A stretch of DNA of 46,480 bases from a candidate division WOR-3 bacterium (GTDB lineage: Bacteria; Hydrothermota; Tepidihabitantia; SM23-42; JAOAFX01), in assembly GCA_037444665.1 (NCBI GenBank), contig JBBILZ010000013.1:1-46480 (forward strand), in the 5' to 3' direction. The stretch's first letter is position 1. Each line of letters begins with the position of its first letter. Positions 21,081 to 30,201 of this stretch are shown one piece after another. The position numbers and the translations under genes were made by a program. The notes under the pieces were generated by a model. That model ran no database searches. It was given only the letters and a program-made list of their open reading frames with translations, and was not told the DNA's origin.

Positions 21081-24000
21081 ATGAAAAAAATCTTGCTAAT
21101 CTTGATAATGGTAACCCTTGTGCTGGGTGCAAATAAAACAGTGCCACAGCACAAAACAATACCGGTGGAACCGGTAAAATATGAACAGCCAAAAGAGAAT
21201 GTGGAGCAGAACATTATTCGCAATGATGTGATTCCTGCATTCTCTGCTCAAACAAAATCACAGTTTATTCCTATGACCTATGGTGATGCGACAAAGATTG
21301 TCTTTTCCAATGGTATCTCATTTGATACAAAACTGCTTGGTAAAAATGGGGAACCAGAATTACCAGCCCATTTAAAAACTCAGTACCGTGATGATGAGAC
21401 AGGATACTATATTGTCCAATTTTCCGGACCAATCTATGGCCCTGAAAAAGACTGGCTTACATCCCAGGGTATAAAGATTCACTTCTACATACCCAATTAT
21501 GGTTTTGTGGTTTCATTAAAAGGGCAATCACAGAAGAATGCAATCCTTGCCAATCCTTCAATAAACTGGATGGGCATTTATCAACCTGCTTATAAGATTT
21601 CTGCACTATTTGATAGGGTAAATGAACGACATCCAGTGACGATTCTCCTTTTTAATGATGCAGATATGCAGGCAGTTGTGAATCAGATAAAAGCAATAAG
21701 TGGAGAAGATGAAGTTGCTACTTCAGATAATGGAATAAACAAGATGGTCTGGGTTATGTTGAATAAGGATGATTTGCCTGCGCTTGCCCAGATAAAAGAG
21801 ATATACTGGCTTGAACCTTATATTCAGCCGGAAATGCATAATCAGCAATATCAATGGGTTGTTCAGACTGGATATTGGGCGAGTGCACCACCAGGTAATG
21901 ATAATACTGCCCGCAGAATGTGGGGTATGGGTATCCTTGGTCAGGGTGAGATCATCAATCATTGTGATTCAGGTATTAATACCAGCCATTATATGCATCG
22001 TGCAGGCAGTGCAGCGATTACTACCTGGGGTGTTTATCCTACGCACAATAAGATCGTTGCCTATGATTCAGGTGCGCCAGGAAATATTGTATTTGGTGAT
22101 GGTTATGGTGCAAGTTATCATGGCACACATACTGGATGCACAACCGCAGGTAATGATACAACCCTTGGTTCAGATTATAGAGACGGTATTGCGAAGATGG
22201 CAAGGCTCTATCACAATGATTGCGGTGATAATACGAGTTCTTCCATCTATACTTTTGGTGATTTGAATGACCTCTACATTCGCCCCTATAACAAGTATTA
22301 TGCGAGTCATGGAATTCGTGCTTATCTGAGCACAAATTCCTGGGGTGCTAATGCAGGCGGTGCATATACCAGTATGTGTCTGAATGTTGACCAGTTTATG
22401 TGGGCACATAAGGATTTCCTCCTGTTCTTCAGCAATGGCAATTCAGGTGGGGTTAATACTGTTGGATCTCCAGCCGCAGCAAAGAACTGCGTCTCAGTGG
22501 GTGGCACACTAAATGGAACATCCTGTCGGTCTTATTATACCACCACGAGCCGTGGACCAACCGATGATAATAGAATAAAGCCGACAATCCTTACACCTGG
22601 ATCCAGCATCCAATCTGCAACTACCGGAACGATCGGTTTCTCTACAATGTCCGGAACCAGTATGTCATCACCAGGTGCCTGTGGTGCTGGCGCACTGGCA
22701 AGACAGTACCTACGTGAAGGTTGGTATCCAACCGGTAAAAAGGTTGCGGGTAATGCCTGGTCTTATATCAGTGCAGCTATGATAAAGGCGGTGTTGATTA
22801 ACTGTGCTGACCCCAACATCACTGGTTATACAGTTCCTGATAATAATATTGGCTGGGGCAGGGTTGACCTTGATTCAACACTCTATTTTTCTGGTGATGC
22901 ACGCAAAACATTAGTGCTTGATGATACAATTGGAGTGCTCACGGGTGAGAGAAAAGATTTCCATTTCAGTGTGCCTTCTGGAGCGAGTGTTTTAAAGATT
23001 ACACTGGTCTGGACCGATTATCCGGGTAATCCAACAGTAAACAGGCAGATTGTCAATGATTTAGATTTATACGCTCAGGTTGGTGGGACATATTATCGTG
23101 GCAATCAATATTCAGGGGGACAATCAGTGGCAAATCCTGCAAACCGGGATTCTCTCAATGTTGAAGAGTGCATCCGTGTGAACTCACCTACTGCTGGTGA
23201 CTGGCTTGTCCGTATTGAGGGCAGGAATGTGCCTTATGGACCACAGCCATTTGCCCTTGTAATTACCTACACTGCAACCACAGTTGCGGGAGCAGTATCA
23301 ACTGACAAGCCTGTTTATCGGGCAAATGACTTTATCATTGATACGGTCAGGGTCAGGGTTGAAGACCCGAACTATGGTGCAGTGGGTATTCGGGATACGG
23401 TCAGGGTCGTGCTCACTGGTAAATATATAGAAACACAGCCTGAGACGCTCCGTTGTGTGGAGATGGCAGAGAGTTCTTATGTATTCAAAGGAGAAATTTC
23501 CTTGCTCCTCCGTGGTGCCACACATGGTGATGGCAGGTTGTCTGTGTGCCAGGGCGATACCATCTATGTCTCTTATACTGATGCGAATCCTTCATATATT
23601 TCTACGACCTGGGCAGCGGTTGATGCCTGGTATTTTGCCATATCCAATGTGCGCTGTGAGAATATTGGAGCACTGTCAGCAGATGTGTGCTGGACCACAA
23701 ATGAAGGTGCAAATTCAAAGGTCTATTATGGAACGAATCCGAGCAATCTGAACCTTGTTGCCCAGGTGGATACACCGTTCTGTATGCCACACCGGGTAAC
23801 GCTGACTGGCTTGACGCCAAATACCATCTATTATTATGATGTAGAATCAAAGGACTTCCGTGGTAATGCGGTTCGTGACAACAATGGTGGTCTCCATTAT
23901 ACATTCAAGACCAAGGCTCAGGCAGGTATTGATGTGCTCGTTGTTCTGCTCAATAATAATAATCAGGGTGAGGAGTTTGCCCATCCAGAATTTATGGACA

Positions 24001-25670
24001 GGGCATTACAAACTGGTGGCTGGACCTATAACTGGTGGGTGACGATGACCAATGGGCAGTTTACACGAAACGACCTGAAATGGTATAAGGCGGTCTATTT
24101 CCAGGTTGCCCAGGAGAACTATCCGGTCTTTACAGCAGCCCAGAAAGAAACGGTCAAAACATATCATGATAATGGTGCACGGTTAGCCTTCACTGGCCAT
24201 GATGTTGGCTGGGATAACTGGGCTTATTCGCGTGTTGATACAGTCTTTTGTAAGAACCAGCTCCATTTCCGTTATATTGGTGATATTACTGCAACATCCT
24301 GGAATTCAGTAAGGGGTATTGCAGGTGACCCAATCTCTGGTAATTATACTTCAGGTGTTACATACCAACCATTCCGTTCAGGTGCGGCTGGTGATTCAAT
24401 ACGACTCTCTGGCACTGGTGCTGCAGGGACTGGAACATATGTCTGGCATGGTAATGCCGCAAATGATTCCTGTGGTATAAAATGGGAATCAACAAACAAT
24501 ATGGGAACACCAGGTGATGGAGTCTGGGGTGGTCAGAGGACAAGGGTTGTATTCAATGGGTTTGAGATCACCCAGATTGATACAGCCGCTCCCAATAGTG
24601 CAACCAGGGCCGATATTCTCAATAATATGTTCATCTGGCTCATCGGTCATGACCATCCAGATGTGACCCTGTCTTCACCAGTTGGTGGTCAGACATATAC
24701 TTCAAGCCCGATTACAATCTCCTGGACTGCAACTGCCTATGGTGGTGCAGTAATTGATACAACCTGGATTGAGTATTCACCTGATGGTGGACAGACCTGG
24801 TATACTATTGCTTCAGGCACAGGTATGACTTCACCATATTCCTGGAATGTAAGTGCAATGCAGAACAGAAATAGTTATCGGGTCCGTGTTACTGCGAACG
24901 ACAGGAATGTCTATCCATCAATGAAGGGATTTGCTGAGACAAGTAACTTTACAATTAACATCGCAGGTAATGATGATTTGGGTCCCAAAGTGATTCCGAA
25001 CTCTATTGTTGTGGCCAATAATCCAAAGTTCGTGACTGCTACTGATACCTTATTAGCATTTACTGCAGTGGTAAGCGATTCTGAGACGGGAATGAGCACG
25101 ATTGGTGCTGCTACTTATATTGCCAAGAGCCCGAGCGGCAATTCCAGTGGTGAACAGCCAATGCAGGTTACAGATGGTACCTGGAATGAGATTGTAGAGG
25201 ATGTGAATGCGTCAATCAGACTGATATATACACCTGGCGCAGTACGTGTCTGTTCTCTGTTTGTGCGTGGTCGTGATAATGCGACATACCGGGCACAGAA
25301 CTGGGGCGCCTGGTATTACCGGACATTCACCCTGATTGATGGCGATATTCGTCCTCTCCAGGGTATTAGTGAGGCAAATACAGGTATGCCTTTGAGTTAT
25401 AGCCTTTCAAGTCCTATGCCCAATCCGACAAAAGGAACTGTGCGCATCAATTATGCTGTGCCACAGAATGCAAAGGTCAGCTTAAAGGTATACAACTGTC
25501 TCGGACAGATTGTGCGCACACTTGTTGACAGTGAACAGAATCCTGGTTTCTATACTGTAATCTGGGATGGCAAGGATGATGTGGGTCGTAAACTTGCATC
25601 TGGTATCTACTTCTATCAATTTACTGCAGACAAGTTCACTGATACGAAAAAAGCAATTCTTCTGAAATAA
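21081..25670 (+). CDS. Secreted S8 (Kp43-like) serine peptidase with FN3/Ig-like modules and FlgD/T9SS-like CTD
   Basis: Signal MKKILLILIMVTLVLGA; triad CDSG / HGTHTG / GTSMSS; FN3-like WTT...SKVYYGT...HRVTLTGLTPNTIYYY; CTD PNPT...VYNCLGQIVRTL...SGIYFY...KKAILLK. SD AAGGAG. Confidence 0.93.
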   Translation: MKKILLILIMVTLVLGANKTVPQHKTIPVEPVKYEQPKENVEQNIIRNDVIPAFSAQTKSQFIPMTYGDATKIVFSNGISFDTKLLGKNGEPELPAHLKTQYRDDETGYYIVQFSGPIYGPEKDWLTSQGIKIHFYIPNYGFVVSLKGQSQKNAILANPSINWMGIYQPAYKISALFDRVNERHPVTILLFNDADMQAVVNQIKAISGEDEVATSDNGINKMVWVMLNKDDLPALAQIKEIYWLEPYIQPEMHNQQYQWVVQTGYWASAPPGNDNTARRMWGMGILGQGEIINHCDSGINTSHYMHRAGSAAITTWGVYPTHNKIVAYDSGAPGNIVFGDGYGASYHGTHTGCTTAGNDTTLGSDYRDGIAKMARLYHNDCGDNTSSSIYTFGDLNDLYIRPYNKYYASHGIRAYLSTNSWGANAGGAYTSMCLNVDQFMWAHKDFLLFFSNGNSGGVNTVGSPAAAKNCVSVGGTLNGTSCRSYYTTTSRGPTDDNRIKPTILTPGSSIQSATTGTIGFSTMSGTSMSSPGACGAGALARQYLREGWYPTGKKVAGNAWSYISAAMIKAVLINCADPNITGYTVPDNNIGWGRVDLDSTLYFSGDARKTLVLDDTIGVLTGERKDFHFSVPSGASVLKITLVWTDYPGNPTVNRQIVNDLDLYAQVGGTYYRGNQYSGGQSVANPANRDSLNVEECIRVNSPTAGDWLVRIEGRNVPYGPQPFALVITYTATTVAGAVSTDKPVYRANDFIIDTVRVRVEDPNYGAVGIRDTVRVVLTGKYIETQPETLRCVEMAESSYVFKGEISLLLRGATHGDGRLSVCQGDTIYVSYTDANPSYISTTWAAVDAWYFAISNVRCENIGALSADVCWTTNEGANSKVYYGTNPSNLNLVAQVDTPFCMPHRVTLTGLTPNTIYYYDVESKDFRGNAVRDNNGGLHYTFKTKAQAGIDVLVVLLNNNNQGEEFAHPEFMDRALQTGGWTYNWWVTMTNGQFTRNDLKWYKAVYFQVAQENYPVFTAAQKETVKTYHDNGARLAFTGHDVGWDNWAYSRVDTVFCKNQLHFRYIGDITATSWNSVRGIAGDPISGNYTSGVTYQPFRSGAAGDSIRLSGTGAAGTGTYVWHGNAANDSCGIKWESTNNMGTPGDGVWGGQRTRVVFNGFEITQIDTAAPNSATRADILNNMFIWLIGHDHPDVTLSSPVGGQTYTSSPITISWTATAYGGAVIDTTWIEYSPDGGQTWYTIASGTGMTSPYSWNVSAMQNRNSYRVRVTANDRNVYPSMKGFAETSNFTINIAGNDDLGPKVIPNSIVVANNPKFVTATDTLLAFTAVVSDSETGMSTIGAATYIAKSPSGNSSGEQPMQVTDGTWNEIVEDVNASIRLIYTPGAVRVCSLFVRGRDNATYRAQNWGAWYYRTFTLIDGDIRPLQGISEANTGMPLSYSLSSPMPNPTKGTVRINYAVPQNAKVSLKVYNCLGQIVRTLVDSEQNPGFYTVIWDGKDDVGRKLASGIYFYQFTADKFTDTKKAILLK

Positions 25671-25682
25671 CGGCTGATAAAC

Positions 25683-25713
25683 AGCGAGCAGAGGGTTCTT
25701 CCCTCTGCTCGCT
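25683..25713 (+). terminator. 13-bp GC-rich hairpin after the S8 gene (no clear U-tract)
   Basis: AGCGAGCAGAGGG-ttctt-CCCTCTGCTCGCT. Confidence 0.6.
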
Positions 25714-25763
25714 TGCTCTAAAACTGGAGGGTGAGGGGGAAAAATTAGTAAGTGAGGTTCATT

Positions 25764-28697
25764 ATGAAAACAATTGATAAATTATTTTTGTTTTTCTTTT
25801 TTGTTACTTTTTCTGTTTGTTATGCAGGAACAAATATTATCAGTGTGGAATTACATTATCAGAGACTTGAACCTCTATATATGCGTGATATAAAAGTAAT
25901 AAAAGAACTGGATCATTGTGCATTGATTATTATGGATGATTCTGAACTTGCAAAATTAGCAGGACTCAATTATAAAATTCTTCAGAGAAATGTAAAGGAA
26001 GGAAAGTATTATCTTGTCTATCAATTTAATACACCAGTTGACCTGCGAAGTTTCGGAGAAATTTTATTTGTGGACAATAATATTACGCTTATGAAAATAG
26101 ATGAACAAGGACTCTTACGATTGACCCGGGAGCCAGTTGAGCTCGTGCGACTTTCATTTAAACCAGTAATTAGAAAAGCATTGCCTGCTTTTCCTGTGGT
26201 GTCCAGGCATCCAATTATTGAGGAGATTGTCAACAAAGTGAACCCTGATACTGTGCTCAGTTTTGTGCGCAGACTGCAAAACTTCCGCACCAGGTATTCT
26301 ACACATGATTCCTGTCAGGCTGCAGCAAACTGGATAAGGAATAAATTTATTGAATATGGGTGCGATTCAGTCTATTTTCAATACCATACCTCAGGCCATG
26401 CACCCAATGTCATTGGTATAAAATGGGGTGTTCTCTATCCTGATACTTATGCAATCATTGATGGCCATTTTGATGCTACTTCTAACCAGGCACCAAACAT
26501 TGCACCGGGTGCAGATGACAATGCAAGTGGCACAGTTGCAGCAATTGAAGCAGCGAGGGTGATGAAGGATTATGTTTTTGAATATTCCGCAAGGTTTATT
26601 GCCTTTAGCGGTGAAGAATTTGGACTCTATGGTAGCGAATATTATGCAAACAATGCCAGTCAGCAGGGGCATATTATCCTTGGTGTGCTAAATGGTGATA
26701 TGATTGGATATGTTGATGCTGCACCTGAGAATTGCGATGTGCTCACCAATAGTGCCAATGTTCCTTTTGCTGATTTCTTTGTTGCCTGTGCTGATACCTA
26801 CACAAGTCTACTTACAATTAAACAGACTGTATCATCAATTCCATCTGATATTCAACCATTTTATGATAATGGTTATCCTGGGTTGTGTAATATTGAAGAT
26901 TACTGGCCCACAAATCCCCATTATCACCAGACGAGTGATACGATTGGTGCAGGTTATAATAATAATGCATTCTGCACCGAGGTTATAAAAGCTGAGATCG
27001 CAGCATTATCAGTTTTGATAAAACCTTATGGTATTTCTGGTATGCCTGCTGTGCCAGAAATAATCAAACCATTTAATTTTGCCCGACTACCAGTGCAACA
27101 ACCCACGCTATCATTTACTTCAACTGACCCGCAGGGTGATAATATACAATACAGAATTGTGTGGGATGATGACCCGAACTTTGTTAGTCCAGATAGTGCT
27201 ACAACATCCACATATCCGAGCGGTTCAATTGTTAACTTTGTTATACCGGCACAATTGATTGATGGAGTGACTTACTGGTGGAAGGTAAAGTGCACTGACC
27301 CGGGCGGAACCGGTCTCTGGACGCAATTCACAGAAAAACGCTCATTTACGATTGGAACGAGTCTACCCCAGAATACCTGCTCCTGGTATCAAACTACTGG
27401 TGCACAGTTTGCCTATGATATTTTTAATGGCACTCAGGTTCAGGGTGATAGTGTAGTATTATTGCCCTCTGGTCAGACCATAATTGATACACTATTGTTT
27501 GAAAATTTTGAATCAGGTATGCCTCCAGCCTGGACAATTGTGAATAGCAACAATGATAATTATTACTGGACAACCGGAACAACCGGCGATTTAGGAAGTT
27601 ATGTGCCACCTAATTATGGCACAAGGTATGCATATTATTCTGATGATGATGCAGGAAGTAGCGCACCGCAGAGTTTAGAAGAAGGATTGGTTTCACCAAA
27701 GATTTATGTTGGCGGTATTACCAGTGGCATGGAATTGGTCTATGCCTATGGTTACCGGGACTATTCATCTTATGATTATTATCGGCTCAGGATGCGCCGA
27801 TTTGTTGGTGGTTCCTGGACAAACTGGGTTCAATTGCGTGAATATAATGCAAGCGGTTCAGGAAGCGAGACAATCAATTTAAATACTTATCTGCCCTGCG
27901 ATTCAATGCAGTTTGAGTGGTATTATACAGAAACCAGTGCGACCTGGGGATGGGCTTGCGCAGTTGATAATATTCTTCTGCGATATAGTTATCAATTAAC
28001 AAATTATGGTGAACTTAAAGGAACACCCGTATATTACCATGACCTCTCTACAACCTATGCAAGAAATAAGTGGGGTGATATAGTCTGGCACAAGGCAACT
28101 GCTGGTGACTCTATTGGTATCCAGGTTGAGTACTATACTGGCTCAAACTGGCAGTTAATACCGAATTCTATTCTACCCGGAAATGCGACGGGTTTCTTTA
28201 CGACCTTTCCTATAGATACAATAAAATTGACCAATGTTGATACAGTTATTTATAACACGATACGGCTGAAAGGTCTGTTCTACAGGATTACAAAATCACC
28301 GAATAATCCAGCACTCCTTGACTGGGAAGTGGGTAATCTTGCCGGATATGTGGGGATTGAAGAATCTGAAAAATCTATGAGTGTGCAAATGGAAGTTTAT
28401 CCAAGTCCATTCAGGAATCACCTTGTGATGAAATTCGAAATACGAAATCAGAAATCCGAAACAAATTCTAATTTTCAAATTCCAAATTACAAACTAAAAA
28501 TCTACGATGCCACGGGTAGATTGGTAAAACAATTTAACCATTTATCCGCCAATCAGCGTGGCGGAAATTACCAATTTAATTATGTTTTGTGGTATGGCGA
28601 TGACGATTTAGGCCGCAAACTTCCTGCTGGTGTATATTTTGTGAGATTAGATTGCCCTGAAAAGGTCTTAATTCAGAAGGTGGTCAAACTTAAATAG
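25764..28697 (+). CDS. Secreted M28 metallopeptidase (aminopeptidase-like) with an adhesin-like domain and CTD
   Basis: GHFDA, PGADDNASG, FSGEEFGLYGS, NGDMIGY, SD, YHQTSD; LLFENFESGMPPAW cleaved-adhesin-like start; CTD PSPF...IYDATGRLVK...LPAGVYFVR...KVVKLK. Confidence 0.92.
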   Translation: MKTIDKLFLFFFFVTFSVCYAGTNIISVELHYQRLEPLYMRDIKVIKELDHCALIIMDDSELAKLAGLNYKILQRNVKEGKYYLVYQFNTPVDLRSFGEILFVDNNITLMKIDEQGLLRLTREPVELVRLSFKPVIRKALPAFPVVSRHPIIEEIVNKVNPDTVLSFVRRLQNFRTRYSTHDSCQAAANWIRNKFIEYGCDSVYFQYHTSGHAPNVIGIKWGVLYPDTYAIIDGHFDATSNQAPNIAPGADDNASGTVAAIEAARVMKDYVFEYSARFIAFSGEEFGLYGSEYYANNASQQGHIILGVLNGDMIGYVDAAPENCDVLTNSANVPFADFFVACADTYTSLLTIKQTVSSIPSDIQPFYDNGYPGLCNIEDYWPTNPHYHQTSDTIGAGYNNNAFCTEVIKAEIAALSVLIKPYGISGMPAVPEIIKPFNFARLPVQQPTLSFTSTDPQGDNIQYRIVWDDDPNFVSPDSATTSTYPSGSIVNFVIPAQLIDGVTYWWKVKCTDPGGTGLWTQFTEKRSFTIGTSLPQNTCSWYQTTGAQFAYDIFNGTQVQGDSVVLLPSGQTIIDTLLFENFESGMPPAWTIVNSNNDNYYWTTGTTGDLGSYVPPNYGTRYAYYSDDDAGSSAPQSLEEGLVSPKIYVGGITSGMELVYAYGYRDYSSYDYYRLRMRRFVGGSWTNWVQLREYNASGSGSETINLNTYLPCDSMQFEWYYTETSATWGWACAVDNILLRYSYQLTNYGELKGTPVYYHDLSTTYARNKWGDIVWHKATAGDSIGIQVEYYTGSNWQLIPNSILPGNATGFFTTFPIDTIKLTNVDTVIYNTIRLKGLFYRITKSPNNPALLDWEVGNLAGYVGIEESEKSMSVQMEVYPSPFRNHLVMKFEIRNQKSETNSNFQIPNYKLKIYDATGRLVKQFNHLSANQRGGNYQFNYVLWYGDDDLGRKLPAGVYFVRLDCPEKVLIQKVVKLK
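28431..28497 (+). repeat. Degenerate heptamer array (AAATYCG/AAATTCN-like) inside the M28 CTD
   Basis: aaattcg aaatacg aaatcag aaatccg aaac aaattct aattttc aaattcc aaattac aaactaa. Confidence 0.8.
28545..28565 (+). repeat. 21-nt mini-hairpin in frame within the M28 CTD
   Basis: TCCGCCA-atcagcg-TGGCGGA, a perfect 7-bp stem in AT-rich context. Confidence 0.65.
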
Positions 28698-28724
28698 AAG
28701 TCCACCACATTAATCTATATAACT

Positions 28725-28795
28725 GTAGTTGCCCAATTTATTGGGCGTAGATAAGGAGTCTGAAAACTTTTCGCCCAGTTGAAACTGGATGCTAC
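28725..28795. repeat. REP-like doublet (GTAG...CTAC) between convergent genes
   Basis: GTAGTT-GCCCAAT-tt-ATTGGGC and an inverted degenerate partner CCAGTT-ga-AACTGG-atg-CTAC. Confidence 0.55.
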
Positions 28796-28798
28796 ATA

Positions 28799-28844
28799 CT
28801 ACCTACTACTTACTATCTTTGTATCTACGCAACCACTCAACATC
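28799..28844 (-). repeat. Dispersed intergenic repeat, copy 1
   Basis: Reverse complement gatgttgagtggttgcgtagatacaaagat-agtaagtagtaggtag matches 36677-36750. Confidence 0.75.
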
Positions 28845-28894
28845 AGAATCACATATCTTCGTGTTTTCCCTGTCTGAAAAATCGGGAACAGTAG

Positions 28895-29467
28895 CTATAG
28901 TTTTTTCAGATATTTTTTGAATTTTTTTAATGCCTTTGACCGGTGGCTGATACGGTTCTTTATTTCAGGACCGAGTTCAGCAAAGGTTTTTCTATAACCA
29001 TCCGGAATAAAGATTGGGTCATAGCCAAAACCATTCTCGCCCCTGGGTTCAAAGGTTATCCTTCCTTTAACTTCACCTTCAAAAACAGCATACTTCCTGG
29101 GTTTATAGTAGTAAACAAATACTGCACAAAATTTTGCTTGGCGGTCTTTTGTATTACCAAGTTCAGTAAGAACCCTTTTTATTCTTTCTTTATCATTTTT
29201 TCCGTATCGCGAAGAAAAGACTCCGGGTGCACCATTCAATTTGTCAATAAATAGCCCTGAATCATCAGCCAAACTCGGTTTATTTGTGAGCCGATATATT
29301 ATTTCTGCTTTTAAAAGACTGTTTTCAAACAGGGTTTCATTTGGCTCTGGTATTTCAATATTAATGAACTTTGTATAGGGTATTAGAACAATATTTTTAT
29401 CACCAATTATTTGTTTAATTTCTATAATTTTATGCGGATTCTTTGAGGCGAGGACGATTTCAGTCAT
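28895..29467 (-). CDS. rdgB: Non-canonical purine NTP pyrophosphatase (RdgB/HAM1)
   Basis: LASKNPHK, ADDSGL, GAPGVFSSRY, GFGYDPIF, KNRISHRSKA. Confidence 0.96.
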   Translation of the reverse strand: MTEIVLASKNPHKIIEIKQIIGDKNIVLIPYTKFINIEIPEPNETLFENSLLKAEIIYRLTNKPSLADDSGLFIDKLNGAPGVFSSRYGKNDKERIKRVLTELGNTKDRQAKFCAVFVYYYKPRKYAVFEGEVKGRITFEPRGENGFGYDPIFIPDGYRKTFAELGPEIKNRISHRSKALKKFKKYLKKL

Positions 29468-29471
29468 TGGT

Positions 29472-29509
29472 TATAAAAAGGGGCTGGAGATTTCCAGCCC
29501 CTTTTTATA
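29472..29509 (-). terminator. Intrinsic (bidirectional-type) terminator after the SPOR gene
   Basis: TATAAAAAGGGGCTGGA-gatt-TCCAGCCCCTTTTTATA with A/T tracts on both sides. Confidence 0.8.
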
Positions 29510-29526
29510 TTGTGCATTACTTATCA

Positions 29527-30201
29527 TTAAGGCGTAATCATTGTTTCCACGACAAATGCACCACGGAACCCTTTGTTGATTGCCAGATTTTTCAGTGTTT
29601 CTGCCTCTTCTTTTGTGAGACAATCACCTACCCGCACTTTGTAATATGGTGGAGTATGCTCAATATAGACTTTGCCTCCAAATAAGCTACGGGCATCATC
29701 AGCCACTTTGTTTGCACCTTTTTGAGTTGAGGAAGCAAATATCTGGACGCGGAAACCATATATTGTTGCGGGTGCGGTTGTGGTTGCGGGTGCCGGTGGT
29801 AAAGGTGCAGGTGTACTAACCTCTTCAATGGGTAATGGAGTGGTTGCTGGAGACGGTGATGGTGCTACAGAGACTTCCTCAATTGGAGGCAATGTGGGCA
29901 TTTCTGCTGGTGCAGGTATTACAACTTCTTCTGCCGGTGGCGTAACCTTTGATACCTCTTCTATTGGTAGTGGTGCAACTGCCTCTTCAGCCGGAGCTGG
30001 TGCGGTCGTAACTTCAGGTGATGTCGGTAATGGTTCGGTTGGTGCTGGTGCAGGTGTAGGATAGATTGGTTCTTCAGAGACATTTTTCTCTTCTTCACCA
30101 AATACAACAACCTCTTCCAGCCCTTCGGTTTTCACCGTGGTTTTTTTGGGTGCGCAGAAAAGGAAGAGCATTATAACACCCAATATCATCAACTTCTTCA
30201 T
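29527..30201 (-). CDS. SPOR-domain putative lipoprotein with Pro/Glu/Ala-rich linker
   Basis: Signal ending LFLFC; linker with PIEEVS x3; C-terminal GFRVQIFAS...PYYKVRVGD...AFVV SPOR pattern; SD AGGAGG. Confidence 0.85.
   Translation of the reverse strand: MKKLMILGVIMLFLFCAPKKTTVKTEGLEEVVVFGEEEKNVSEEPIYPTPAPAPTEPLPTSPEVTTAPAPAEEAVAPLPIEEVSKVTPPAEEVVIPAPAEMPTLPPIEEVSVAPSPSPATTPLPIEEVSTPAPLPPAPATTTAPATIYGFRVQIFASSTQKGANKVADDARSLFGGKVYIEHTPPYYKVRVGDCLTKEEAETLKNLAINKGFRGAFVVETMITP

Noticed and set aside
23340..23408. 15-nt direct repeat GATACGGTCAGGGTC (23340 and 23394)
   Set aside because: Encodes DTVRV twice in frame; explained by a small protein-level repeat.
12874..25670. Shared DNA stretches between the two S8 genes as a DGR template/variable repeat pair
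   Set aside because: Matches are short and confined to conserved protein motifs; no adenine-specific pattern and no reverse transcriptase in the window.
29780..30064. Gly/Ala-rich 94-aa plus-strand ORF
   Set aside because: Antisense shadow of the Pro-rich SPOR linker.
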